From the NCBI GenBank assembly GCA_963846575.1, contig CAWJWJ010000001.1, positions 1,152,001 to 1,216,000 of the forward strand: 64,000 nucleotides of DNA, given 5' to 3'. The translations under genes were made by a program, and so were the position numbers. Shown here one piece after another: positions 1 through 9,738 of this stretch (positions within the stretch are counted from its first letter, which is position 1; each line of letters starts with the position of its first letter). Under the pieces are notes generated by a model. The model made no database searches and was not told the DNA's origin. It was given only the letters and a program-made list of their open reading frames with translations. Source of the stretch: an uncultured Nitrospiraceae bacterium (GTDB taxonomy: Bacteria; Nitrospirota; Nitrospiria; Nitrospirales; Nitrospiraceae).

Positions 1-2
1 GG

Positions 3-713
3 AAGGCCCAGGTCCGCCGCCTCGTTGACCAATAGACTCAGATAGTCAGCCAGGTGCTCTGCGGTATAGCTGTTGGTATCGTGAAAGGTCACAATCACCG
101 GGATGCTGCGATTCACCACGGGTAGCGCCCCGCGCAGGAATTGGCCCCGCAACCCTGCCAGCTGTGAGCGAAAACTCCATCGCCTGAGCAGATGGATGCC
201 CCAGTTCACTCCGTCGAAGGCCTTCACATCCGACAACAGCATGTGGAGTCGATGGCGGCTGTACCGGTACAGGGTAGACGAATTGAATAACCAGTAGGGC
301 GGTCTCACCAGCAGAGTGGGGCGGCCCGTGATACGACCGATGTCGTCCTTTCCGTCCAGCAGAGAACGATCCAGATCCGTCACGCCCATGCCGGTATGGC
401 TGACATGTCCGCGAGGGGTCCCGGTGTGCAGACCCAAGAGATGTCCTTCCGCATGTTCAATGGCCAACATGGCCCGGCCTTCGGTCGAGCCACCACCCTG
501 CGGGTGCCTGGTCTGGACGAAAAAAATGGCTTTCACATCCTGCTGCAGGGGATTGCGCGCCAGTTGCCGCAACACCTTGCCGGTATTGGCGTGCGGCCCG
601 TCATCGAACGAGAGCAGGAAGCGCAGGGCGAGCCGCGAGTCGCTCGAACCGGTCGCGACGTCGGTCACCGCTCCGGTTTTGTCCGTCCCCATGAGGGCCG
701 CATCTGTGTGCAT
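3..713 (-). CDS. Polysaccharide deacetylase (NodB/CE4 family), partial; runs off the window start
   Basis: Not in the ORF track (no stop in window). Manual minus-strand translation from ATG at 713 (preceded by AAGGAAG) gives MHTDAALMG...LLSFDDGPHANTGKVL...KAIFFVQ...EGHLLGLHTG, containing the FDDGP and H-x-x-G-x-H CE4 motifs. Confidence 0.8.
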   Translation of the reverse strand, partial: MHTDAALMGTDKTGAVTDVATGSSDSRLALRFLLSFDDGPHANTGKVLRQLARNPLQQDVKAIFFVQTRHPQGGGSTEGRAMLAIEHAEGHLLGLHTGTPRGHVSHTGMGVTDLDRSLLDGKDDIGRITGRPTLLVRPPYWLFNSSTLYRYSRHRLHMLLSDVKAFDGVNWGIHLLRRWSFRSQLAGLRGQFLRGALPVVNRSIPVIVTFHDTNSYTAEHLADYLSLLVNEAADLGL

Positions 714-735
714 GGCGCCGTTTCTTCCTTGATCC

Positions 736-1011
736 TTATGACCTGCTAGAGACCACTTTGCCCGTGCACATATACGTGTTGGTGTAGATCCAGGCGATCG
801 GTCCGGAACTGGGCTGCTGCTGCATATCCGTGAGACGCACGTTGACGTTCAAATTTTTCGCGTCTTCTTTCAAATTCTCAATGCAGCCTTGCGGGGAACG
901 GCCGCTGGAAATGACCTTTTCGATCTCATTCGACTCGAAGTTGGGGATGGTGTAGTGCGGACCGCAGCCCGCGATCAACAGGATGGCTCCAAATGCCCAC
1001 AGACTCTTCAT
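736..1011 (-). CDS. Small lipoprotein, unknown function
   Basis: 91 aa; signal peptide with lipobox LLIAG-C; SD AAGGGAG upstream. Confidence 0.7.
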   Translation of the reverse strand: MKSLWAFGAILLIAGCGPHYTIPNFESNEIEKVISSGRSPQGCIENLKEDAKNLNVNVRLTDMQQQPSSGPIAWIYTNTYMCTGKVVSSRS

Positions 1012-1159
1012 GACGGCTCTCCCTTGGTTGACGGTAAAAACTAACGCGTACCTCTTAGCCCGAATGTATGAAAGTGAGCCAAGTTTCCATACTGGGAGGA
1101 CCCCTAGTCAGACATTCGGGAACCCCGAGTTCCCCTAGGGCCGTTCAAAAGTGCACCGC

Positions 1160-1188
1160 TTGCGGACCTCCGGCGCAGACCATACAAT
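1160..1188 (+). promoter_or_regulatory. Putative sigma70 promoter of the HerA-like ATPase gene
   Basis: TTGCGG (1160-1165), 17-nt spacer, TACAAT (1183-1188); SD GGAGGAG before ATG 1237. Confidence 0.5.
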
Positions 1189-1236
1189 GCCCGGCCTATC
1201 CCATCCCGACCTTCATCATCTTGCAGGGAGGAGTCT

Positions 1237-3741
1237 ATGCCCACCAGGAAAAGCCCGTCGCCCGATCCGTCCGTCGGTTCCAGCCGGGGATCAGCGGCGG
1301 AAGATTTTGAGAAGTTGGGCGTCTTTTACCTTGGACGGCCTTATGACCTCGCCGGTAAACGGTCCAAGCCGGGCCTGCTGCTGTATGACTCCAAGGATCT
1401 GGTGACCCATGCAGTCTGTGTCGGCATGACCGGGAGCGGGAAGACCGGGCTCTGCGTCGGTCTCCTGGAAGAAGCCGCGATTGACGGCATCCCGGCCATC
1501 GTCATCGACCCGAAGGGCGATCTGGGCAACCTCCTGCTCACCTTCCCTCAACTGCGCGGAGAGGACTTCGCGCCCTGGATCAATGAGCACGACGCGAGGA
1601 AGAAGGGCCTCTCGCCGGCCGACTATGCGGCCCAGCAGGCTGCACTGTGGCAGAAGGGGTTGGGTGAATGGGGCCAGAGCGGCGAGCGGATTCAAAAATT
1701 GCGCGAGGCGGCAGAGTGTGTCGTGTATACGCCGGGCAGCAACGCGGGCCTGCCGGTGTCGATTTTGAAATCCTTTGCCGCTCCACCGCAGGAAATGAGG
1801 GACGATGAAGAACTCCTGCGCGAGCGTATCAGCACCACGGTGACCAGCGTGCTCGGTCTCGTCGGTGTCCAGGCCGACCCGATCAAGAGTCGTGAGCACA
1901 TTCTCCTCGCGTCGATTCTGGACAGCGCCTGGCGAAGGGGCCTGGACCTCGACTTACCGATGCTGATTCAGCAGATTCAAACCCCTCCGATGACGAAGGT
2001 CGGCGTCCTCGATGTGGACTCTTTTTTCCCCGCGAACGAGCGATTCGCCCTGGCCATGCTGTTGAACAACCTGCTCGCCGCGCCGGGCTTCGGGGCCTGG
2101 ATGGAAGGCGAGGCCCTGGATATCGGACGCCTGCTGTACGGCCCCTCCGGAAAGCCGCGCATCGCAATTTTTTCGATCGCCCATTTGAGCGACGCCGAAC
2201 GGATGTTTTTTGTGGCGCTCCTGTTGAACCAGATGTTGGGATGGGTCCGGGCGCAATCCGGCACGACCAGCCTGCGAGCGCTCCTCTACATGGACGAAAT
2301 TTTCGGTTACTTCCCTCCGGTCGCAAACCCGCCGTCCAAGGCTCCGCTGTTGACGCTGCTCAAACAGGCGCGCGCCTTTGGGGTCGGCATCGTCCTGGCG
2401 ACTCAAAATCCAGTCGACCTCGACTATAAGGGACTGGCTAATACCGGCACCTGGTTCATCGGGCGCCTGCAAACCGAACGCGACAAGGCGCGGGTAATTG
2501 AGGGCCTGGAAGGGGCTGCGGCCGGCAGCGGGACCAGGTTCGATCGCCAACGCATGGAACAGATTCTCGCCGGGCTGGGGAATCGCGTCTTCCTGTTAAA
2601 TAACGTCCATGAAGACGCCCCGGAGGTGTTCCAGACCCGCTGGACCCTCTCGTACTTGCGTGGCCCGCTGACGCGCACCCAGATCAAACGGTTGATGGAA
2701 CCACTCAAGGCTGCAGGGCCGGGTGGTGAATCCACGGGGACGGTAGGGAACGGGGATGCCGGGGTCGACCTAGTGACTGGGAGCAGCGTCTCACGCCCGA
2801 TGCTGCCGCCGGACGTGGGCCAATATTTTATTCCGGTGCGTGGGGCGCCACAGGGCGGCGAGGGAGTGGTCTATCGGCCGATGGTGCTGGGCGCCGCGCA
2901 GGTGCGGTTCGTGGATGGCAAGATGGGTGTGGATACCAATGAGGCCGTGACGTGGGTGGCTCCGATCCGGCAGGGAGCGGTTCCGGTCGAGTGGGACCAG
3001 GCGGCCCCCCTCTCACTGTCCCCGGCGGATCTGGAGCCTGATCCGTTCGGTTCTGCGCGATTCGCCCCGCTACCCGGCCCGGCGAGCAAGGCCAAACAGT
3101 ATGAGACCTGGAAAAGTGAGTTGTCGGGATGGCTCTACCGCACGCAGCATCTCGATCTCTTCCGCAGCCCGAGCACGAAGGAGCTGTCGAGGCCTGGTGA
3201 GTCCGAGCGTGATTTTCGCCTGCGTCTTCAACTGGCTGGCCGGGAACACCGTGACCTTCAGAGCGATGGCCTGCGAAAAAAATACGCACCGAAGATTGCG
3301 ACGCTTCAAGATCGCATCCGCCGGGCCGGGCAGATGGTCGAACGGCAGCAGACGGAATCGCGCAGCAGCCAGGTCCAGGCCGTCATTTCGATCGGTGCGA
3401 CTATTCTGGGAGCGTTCCTGGGACGCAAGGCTATCAGTGCGACCAATATTGGCAAGGCTTCGACCGCAATCCGCGGCGCCGGCCGGGTGATCAAAGAATC
3501 GAAAGACGTGAGTCATGCCGAGGACAATTTGGCGGCGCTTCAGGAGCAATTGGATGGATTGGAGTTCCAGTTCAAGGCTGAAATGAACAGGCTGGCAGTC
3601 GAGACCGACCCGCTAACGGAAAAGCTCGAGCGGCTGTCGTTGAAACCCACCAAGTCCAATATCGTCGTCTCGCTCGTGGCCCTGGCCTGGGCCCCGCATT
3701 GGCAGGACGGCAACGGGATGCTGGTGCCCGCCTGGGAATGA
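1237..3741 (+). CDS. HerA/FtsK-superfamily P-loop ATPase (DUF87/DUF853-like) with C-terminal coiled coil
   Basis: Walker A GMTGSGKT, IDPKGD, Walker B LLYMDE, ARAFGVGIVLATQNP motif. Confidence 0.8.
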   Translation: MPTRKSPSPDPSVGSSRGSAAEDFEKLGVFYLGRPYDLAGKRSKPGLLLYDSKDLVTHAVCVGMTGSGKTGLCVGLLEEAAIDGIPAIVIDPKGDLGNLLLTFPQLRGEDFAPWINEHDARKKGLSPADYAAQQAALWQKGLGEWGQSGERIQKLREAAECVVYTPGSNAGLPVSILKSFAAPPQEMRDDEELLRERISTTVTSVLGLVGVQADPIKSREHILLASILDSAWRRGLDLDLPMLIQQIQTPPMTKVGVLDVDSFFPANERFALAMLLNNLLAAPGFGAWMEGEALDIGRLLYGPSGKPRIAIFSIAHLSDAERMFFVALLLNQMLGWVRAQSGTTSLRALLYMDEIFGYFPPVANPPSKAPLLTLLKQARAFGVGIVLATQNPVDLDYKGLANTGTWFIGRLQTERDKARVIEGLEGAAAGSGTRFDRQRMEQILAGLGNRVFLLNNVHEDAPEVFQTRWTLSYLRGPLTRTQIKRLMEPLKAAGPGGESTGTVGNGDAGVDLVTGSSVSRPMLPPDVGQYFIPVRGAPQGGEGVVYRPMVLGAAQVRFVDGKMGVDTNEAVTWVAPIRQGAVPVEWDQAAPLSLSPADLEPDPFGSARFAPLPGPASKAKQYETWKSELSGWLYRTQHLDLFRSPSTKELSRPGESERDFRLRLQLAGREHRDLQSDGLRKKYAPKIATLQDRIRRAGQMVERQQTESRSSQVQAVISIGATILGAFLGRKAISATNIGKASTAIRGAGRVIKESKDVSHAEDNLAALQEQLDGLEFQFKAEMNRLAVETDPLTEKLERLSLKPTKSNIVVSLVALAWAPHWQDGNGMLVPAWE

Positions 3742-3841
3742 GCGCCAGGGAGCCACGGTGAACCGGTGCGACGCGCCGCTCGTCAAACACTCCTGCGGGA
3801 ATCACGAGGGACTTCCAAACCGGGACATGTCGACGGGGAGG

Positions 3842-4402
3842 TTAATGCGGCTTGCGGTCTCGTAACATCAGCTTGTCGGTATAGGCCAACAGGATGGCGG
3901 ATCCCAGGAAGGTCATGTGAATGAAGATCTTCCATTTCACGTGCTCGGGATCTTCGTTCGCGATATCGACGAACGACTTGAGGAGATGGATGCTGGAGAT
4001 TCCGACCAGGGACGCAGCCAATTTGATCTTGATGGTGCCCGGGTCCACATGCGTGAGCCATTCAGGGCGATCGGGGTGAGTGTCCAGATCGAGCTTGCTC
4101 ACGAACGTGGCGTATCCGCCGATGATGACCATCGCCAGCAGATTGGCCACCATCGTCACATCGATCAGTCCGAGCACACCCAACATCAATTTGGTCTCTT
4201 CCAGCTGCCTGAAATGGATGGCCATCTCCCAGAGTTCAAGCAGGAACTTGAGGGCATACATCAGTTCGGCAATGATGAGGCCGCCATACAGCGGCGCCTG
4301 AATCCACCGGCTGCCAAAGACCAGGAATTCGAATGCCTGCTCAACGCGGCTGAGGACTGTGGTGGGTGATGGTGCGGGACCGGACGGGGACGGATGACTC
4401 AC
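3842..4402 (-). CDS. UPF0114/YqhA family membrane protein
   Basis: SRWIQAPLYGGL, LIDVTMVANLL, KIKLAASLVGISSIHLLKSF motifs typical of YqhA. Confidence 0.85.
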   Translation of the reverse strand: MSHPSPSGPAPSPTTVLSRVEQAFEFLVFGSRWIQAPLYGGLIIAELMYALKFLLELWEMAIHFRQLEETKLMLGVLGLIDVTMVANLLAMVIIGGYATFVSKLDLDTHPDRPEWLTHVDPGTIKIKLAASLVGISSIHLLKSFVDIANEDPEHVKWKIFIHMTFLGSAILLAYTDKLMLRDRKPH

Positions 4403-4526
4403 GCGTACACTCGCTCTCCTTCGTAAGCGCGTATCCTAGTGCGCGCGCCCTGTTCTGTCAATTGTCGGATGAGTTACGCGCATTCAGAAAGATTGGGGGC
4501 GCAGATCGCGAGATCGGCAGACCCCG

Positions 4527-7500
4527 TTAAGCCGCCGTCTGGTTGCGCTTGGGGAGCCAGGCGTCGAGGATGGTCTGGAGGTCCTTGGGCCGGATCGGTT
4601 TGGCCACATAGTCGTCCATCCCCGCGGCGAGACATTTCTCGCGATCACCCTTCATGGCATTTGCGGTCATGGCGATGATCGGCGTGTGGGCTGAAGCGCC
4701 TTCGATCTTTCTGATCAGGGCCGTGGCTTCGAAGCCGTCCATCTCCGGCATCTGACAGTCCATGAAGATCAATGGATAGGGGGTGCGTTCGTGGGCGGCG
4801 ACGGCTTCCCGTCCGGTGCCCACAATGTCGACCCGACAGCCCAATTTCTCCAGCATCCTGCAGGCGACCTTCTGGTTCACCGGGTTGTCCTCCGCCACCA
4901 GCGCCCGTGTAAGGACCAGTGTCTTGGCTTCGACCGGCGCGCGCTGCGTGACCGGCGGCGGCGCGAGGGTTTGTGCCGATTCACCGATCGGGGCGCCGAC
5001 CAACAGGCAGAGGCAGTCGAGCAGTGGCTTCTGTCGCAGGGGTTTCGTCAGCGAGGCATCAAGACCCGGAAGCTGCCCGGTGCTGGCTTCTCCGCGTCGC
5101 GCGATCGTCGTCAGAGCGACCGTTCGCGTCCTTGCGGTCGCAGGTTCGTTCTTCAGACCGGTGGCTGTGTCGCAGCCCTCCATTCCCGGAAGGCGCAATT
5201 CGATCAACGCGACGTCGTACGGTTGCTGGTTGGCTGCGGCGGTGCGCGCCAGCTCGAGAGCTTCGGTTCCGGTTTCCGCTTCCGTACAGTCCATTCCGTA
5301 GTCAACGAGAAGCTGCCGGACGGCTTGCCTGGTGGTGGCATGGCGGTCCATCACCAGAATGCGGCGTCCACGAAGCTGTGGCCGTGAAATCGCGGCTGAC
5401 GGAAGGGGGAGCGACGCCTCAGGAAGTGTGGCGGTAAACCAGAAGGTGCTGCCCTGGCCTGGCTGGCTCTCGATTCCGATCCGGCCCTGCATTTGGTGAA
5501 CGAGCCGCTGGCAGATGGTCAGGCCGAGGCCCGTCCCGCCGAACCGGCGGGTGGTCGAACTGTCGGCCTGAGTAAACGGTTGGAACAGTCTCGCCTGCAT
5601 GGCCTCGGGGATGCCGATCCCGGTGTCCATCACGGCAAACCTGAACGAGTCCGGTTGCCCACGGGGTTCGGGGGTTACGCGCAGGAATACCTCCCCCTTG
5701 GCGGTGAACTTGATCGCATTGGCGACCAGGTTGACCAGGATTTGACGCAATCGTCCGGGGTCGCCGAGCACGCCGGCGGGAACTGCGGCATCGACCAGTG
5801 AAATCAGCTCAAGGCCTTTGATCTGGGCCTGTTCGGCGAGCAGATCCAGGGTATCTTCTATGGTCGTCCGGAGGTCGAAGGCCAGGGTTTCGAAATGCAG
5901 TTTGCCGGCTTCGATTTTCGAGAAATCGAGGATATCGTTGACCAGGGTCAGGAGGGCGTCGCTGGATCGGCGGACCGTGTCGGCAAACTCACGTTGGTCG
6001 TCGGTGAGCGTGGTATCGAGCAGGAGTCCCGTCATTCCGATGATGGCGTTCATCGGGGTTCTGATTTCGTGGCTCATGGTCGCCAGGAAGTCGGCCTTGA
6101 GCTGAACGGCCTGAAGCGCCTCGTCTCTCGCCTTGGCCAGTTCGATGTTCTTCTGCCCCATGTCGCGCGCCGCTTGCAGCAGAGCCGCTTCAGTCTCCTT
6201 GCGTTCCGTGACATCTTTGCCCAACAGGAGAAATCCGGTGATGATGTCGCCTTCGTTGCGAAGGGCCGTGATGGTCACGAGCACGGTCAAGCGGGTCCCG
6301 TCTTTCCTGACGTAGGTCCATTCCCGTTCGTCATAGGCGTCCCGACGTGCTGGTTCGACGAGGACGTCGAACCCCCCGACAGGGCGTCCACACAAGGTAC
6401 TCAGCTCACGGCCCCGCTGTTCCATTTCGGTGGGAAGGTGCAGCAGGCCGGGTGAATGGTTGCCCACCATCTCCTCGGCCGAATATCCCAGCATCAGTTC
6501 CGCCCCCGTATTGAATGTCGTGATCAGGCCCGTCGTGTCGGTCGCAATGATGGCTACTCGCCTGGCGGCGGACAGGATGCCCATGAGTTGGGAATTGGTC
6601 GACAGGAGGGCCTGTTCCAGATGTTTACGCTCAGTCACATCGGTCGCGATGATCAAAAAAGCATTCTTCCCCTCGAATGGGACCGGCGACGCGGTCACTT
6701 CAACCGTGATCGAGCTTCCGTCGAGCCGGTAGAAATTCTCCTCGATTCTGGGCACAGCCCGCCCCGTCGCGCTCATGGCGGCCAGGCGTGCCTGCACCAG
6801 CGCACGCGAGTCCGGATGAATGAAGTCGAAGACCTGCCGTCCCGTCAGTTCGGCGGGGGTTCGCGCTCCCAGCAGATTCGCGCAGGCTTGATTGGCAAAT
6901 GCCATTCGACCGTCGCAGTTCACGAAGACCGCGGTGGGGGACAACTCCACGAGCGAGCGATACCGCGTCTCGCTGACGCGAACGGCGGTTTCCAACTGTT
7001 TGGCGGCGGTGATGTCGACGGCGATCCCCGCCAGGCGATACACCCTCCCCTCCTGATCCTTGATGGGGAACCCCCGGTCGCGAATCCACCGTACGTGTCC
7101 GTGGGGAGTCAGAATCCGGTACTCCTCGTCATAGGGAAGATAGGATTGACAGGCGGCTGCGAGCGCCACCCGTTCACGGTCTTCCGGGTGCACGCACTCG
7201 AGCCACAGCTGGGGATCTGCATGCAAGGCCTGGAGAGATCGGCCCCAGATCGTTTCGAACGCGCGGTTGATGTAGAGCAGTTGATGCTTGTCGACCGATC
7301 TGAGCCAGAATACGGCATCGATATGCTCAGCGAGCTGCCGGAAGCGTTCCTCGCTTTCTCCCATGGACGCTGGAATGCACGCTCGTCCGGACAGGTCGCG
7401 GAGGATACCGGCATATTTTCGTGAGGAGCCAACCTGCAACTCGGTTATGGATACGTCCAGATCAACCGTGGTGCCGTCCTTCCGTAACGCCGGCACTGCT

Positions 7501-8702
7501 CCGGATGAACAGGGAATCGTTCGTTGCCCGGTTCCGGGATCCGGTGAGAGCAGAAGGTCGTACTGCTTGCGATGGGAGGAAGGCACCAGCAGCGTGAGGT
7601 TCCGGCCCACGAGTTCATGGCCTGCATAGCCGAGGAGTCTGCCGACAGCGGGATTGATGCGTTCGATCCGGCCATGCTCGTCAACGACGATGATGCCGTC
7701 GCTCGTCTGTTCAAAGACCGACCCCATCGTCTCCTCATGGCCCTGCCATGGGGAACCGTTGCCATGGGAATCGGTGCCGTCCGGAACCGTCCCGGCCATG
7801 CAGGAGTCCGACTCCCGGCCGTCGTTGAGTGGATACCGCCCCTCAATAAGGGTCACGGTTCGTTCCTGGAGGTCAAGAAGCCGTTCGAATTGATCGATCC
7901 GTGCTTGGAGCTGGGTGACGGTCGCGTGCTGCGGTGCATGAGCGTCGTGGGCCACGGAGAGGGATGCCGCCGGACCCTGTAGCCACGGGGTCGTTTCGAC
8001 ATACGGGCTTAGGGCGATCTGCGCGCTAATCGCCAGGGGTTTGAACATCTGTGCTGTACGCTCGGGGATGAGATCCCGGCTGAATAGGACGATGGAAAAC
8101 CATTCCTCATCGGGGAGTGGTGCCCCGAATGCCAGCGCGGAACGGATGTCATAGGCGCCGATCCAATCCTCCCGCGCGGGACTGCTGGGGTTTCCCCCGT
8201 CCTGGAGCACATGCACGATGCTGAACGTGTGTGTGTGCGAACCGGATGGCCTTTCAGAGGAAGGGGCGGTGGAATGCGCAATCGCTCCGGCTATGTCATC
8301 GAAGAGTGCGCCGTATGGCGAGGAGTGCTCGAGTGTCTCGCGGCTGCCGACCGGGATGACGCAGCAGGCGCTGTAGCCGGTCGGGTCAGTCCAGCCCGGA
8401 ACGTCGCCGGCCGAAGCCAGGAGGGTCATGCACCTCAGGGAAGGATCGTCAGGAACCTTTCCTAGCCTGGAGGCGGCGGCGCGTCGAAGCTCCGGTGCGA
8501 GACGATGGTACTGTACCGTCTTATATAGTCGAACCAGGGGGCAACGCGGCTCTTCGGACTGACTCAGGTTCAACGACCCGTGCAGGGATCGAACGAGGCG
8601 TTCGGCGACCCTGCCCAGGTCAGTCGCGCCCGTCCCGAGCCTCAGGAGGTCGGTCGCGCAGGCCATCATGTCCCTGAGATGGAACGATCGCAGATGAAAC
8701 AT
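4527..8702 (-). CDS. Cytoplasmic hybrid sensor histidine kinase (N-terminal GAF-like domain, 4 PAS, HisKA, HATPase, 2 REC)
   Basis: H-box FLATMSHEIRTPMN, N-box NLVANAIKFT, G-boxes DTGIG and GGTGLGL, terminal REC IFMDCQMPEMDG; repeated PAS/PAC ends (DITAAK, DVTERK). Confidence 0.9.
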   Translation of the reverse strand: MFHLRSFHLRDMMACATDLLRLGTGATDLGRVAERLVRSLHGSLNLSQSEEPRCPLVRLYKTVQYHRLAPELRRAAASRLGKVPDDPSLRCMTLLASAGDVPGWTDPTGYSACCVIPVGSRETLEHSSPYGALFDDIAGAIAHSTAPSSERPSGSHTHTFSIVHVLQDGGNPSSPAREDWIGAYDIRSALAFGAPLPDEEWFSIVLFSRDLIPERTAQMFKPLAISAQIALSPYVETTPWLQGPAASLSVAHDAHAPQHATVTQLQARIDQFERLLDLQERTVTLIEGRYPLNDGRESDSCMAGTVPDGTDSHGNGSPWQGHEETMGSVFEQTSDGIIVVDEHGRIERINPAVGRLLGYAGHELVGRNLTLLVPSSHRKQYDLLLSPDPGTGQRTIPCSSGAVPALRKDGTTVDLDVSITELQVGSSRKYAGILRDLSGRACIPASMGESEERFRQLAEHIDAVFWLRSVDKHQLLYINRAFETIWGRSLQALHADPQLWLECVHPEDRERVALAAACQSYLPYDEEYRILTPHGHVRWIRDRGFPIKDQEGRVYRLAGIAVDITAAKQLETAVRVSETRYRSLVELSPTAVFVNCDGRMAFANQACANLLGARTPAELTGRQVFDFIHPDSRALVQARLAAMSATGRAVPRIEENFYRLDGSSITVEVTASPVPFEGKNAFLIIATDVTERKHLEQALLSTNSQLMGILSAARRVAIIATDTTGLITTFNTGAELMLGYSAEEMVGNHSPGLLHLPTEMEQRGRELSTLCGRPVGGFDVLVEPARRDAYDEREWTYVRKDGTRLTVLVTITALRNEGDIITGFLLLGKDVTERKETEAALLQAARDMGQKNIELAKARDEALQAVQLKADFLATMSHEIRTPMNAIIGMTGLLLDTTLTDDQREFADTVRRSSDALLTLVNDILDFSKIEAGKLHFETLAFDLRTTIEDTLDLLAEQAQIKGLELISLVDAAVPAGVLGDPGRLRQILVNLVANAIKFTAKGEVFLRVTPEPRGQPDSFRFAVMDTGIGIPEAMQARLFQPFTQADSSTTRRFGGTGLGLTICQRLVHQMQGRIGIESQPGQGSTFWFTATLPEASLPLPSAAISRPQLRGRRILVMDRHATTRQAVRQLLVDYGMDCTEAETGTEALELARTAAANQQPYDVALIELRLPGMEGCDTATGLKNEPATARTRTVALTTIARRGEASTGQLPGLDASLTKPLRQKPLLDCLCLLVGAPIGESAQTLAPPPVTQRAPVEAKTLVLTRALVAEDNPVNQKVACRMLEKLGCRVDIVGTGREAVAAHERTPYPLIFMDCQMPEMDGFEATALIRKIEGASAHTPIIAMTANAMKGDREKCLAAGMDDYVAKPIRPKDLQTILDAWLPKRNQTAA

Positions 8703-8810
8703 CTGCCGAATAAACCCCCGGACCCAGAAAGAGTTTGCCGGATACTCTCTCGGTGCGCCGGAGGAGGAACTTGAGGCCGCGCTCCCGACGATGACGACGC
8801 CTGGCCGCGA

Positions 8811-9632
8811 TCAGGACAAATGGGTCAGATAGAACGCGGCAGCCTGTGATCTCCTGGTGAGGTGCAGTTTCGTATACACATTGGCCAAATAGTTTTTTAC
8901 GGTTTTGTCGCTGAGGCCGAGTTCCGCGGCGATCTCCTTATTGGTTTTTCCCTGCGCAATAAGCGGGAGCAGGCGTTGCTCCTGAGGGGAGAGCAGATTC
9001 CGGCCACGCTCCGGTTCGCGATCTGCCAGCTTGCGAAGATAGGCGAACGTGTGCCGGGTCATCCCCGGGTCGAGATACGATTGCCCCTTGGTCACCGTTC
9101 TCAACGCATGCAGGAGGGTGTCGGTACCGGCATCCTGCAGAACATACCCGTGCGCTCCGGTGGCCACGGCCGACAGGAGGATGGTGTCGTCCAGCGTATC
9201 GGCCAGGAAGAGGATGCGCGTCGACGGGAGTCGTGAGAGCAGGTCCTTGGCCGTGTCGATCCCTTTCCCGTCCTGCACCCGCAAGTCGAGCATCACGATA
9301 TCAGGTTTCAACTGGAGAATGAGCGGCAGCGCATCCTGGCGCGACCCGGCCTCCCCGACCACGGTAAAGTCAGTGACGGATTCGAGGAGGGTCCGGATCC
9401 CCACTCGGACGAGCTCTTGCGGATTGACGATGAACACGTGGGCTGCTTTACCCTGTAGCTGATTCATAGATGTATTCCAAGTTGATGTAGGCGGTGTCTT
9501 GTGAGTACTCACTAGCCGGAGAAGTGATTCAGATTCCTTTTCCAACGCCGCCTGGGGATCGTTGGGCAGCATGGGACCGGCCGGCATGGAACCGATCGAT
9601 CGAGCGGGCTTTTGGTCGCGATGTGTTTCCAT
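8811..9632 (-). CDS. NarL/LuxR-family response regulator with degenerate receiver domain
   Basis: REC-like domain plus LuxR HTH (LSPQE...GKTNKEIAAELGLSDKTVKNY). Start chosen at 9632 (SD GGAGGGGAG); 9467 is an alternative. Confidence 0.85.
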   Translation of the reverse strand: METHRDQKPARSIGSMPAGPMLPNDPQAALEKESESLLRLVSTHKTPPTSTWNTSMNQLQGKAAHVFIVNPQELVRVGIRTLLESVTDFTVVGEAGSRQDALPLILQLKPDIVMLDLRVQDGKGIDTAKDLLSRLPSTRILFLADTLDDTILLSAVATGAHGYVLQDAGTDTLLHALRTVTKGQSYLDPGMTRHTFAYLRKLADREPERGRNLLSPQEQRLLPLIAQGKTNKEIAAELGLSDKTVKNYLANVYTKLHLTRRSQAAAFYLTHLS

Positions 9633-9738
9633 GACTCCCCTCCGTGTTTGCAGCCGATGAAGTTCTCTCTTGTGGTCATGCGGCCCCGTCAGGACGAGGC
9701 CGCGCCATTCTGTGGCCTTCGTGAAAAGGGCGCTTCCG

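Noticed and set aside
1101..1140. Inverted repeats (CCCTAG/CTAGGG; GGGAAC/GTTCCC) in the divergent intergenic region
   Set aside because: Short arms and no recognisable motif; may be an operator but cannot be supported.
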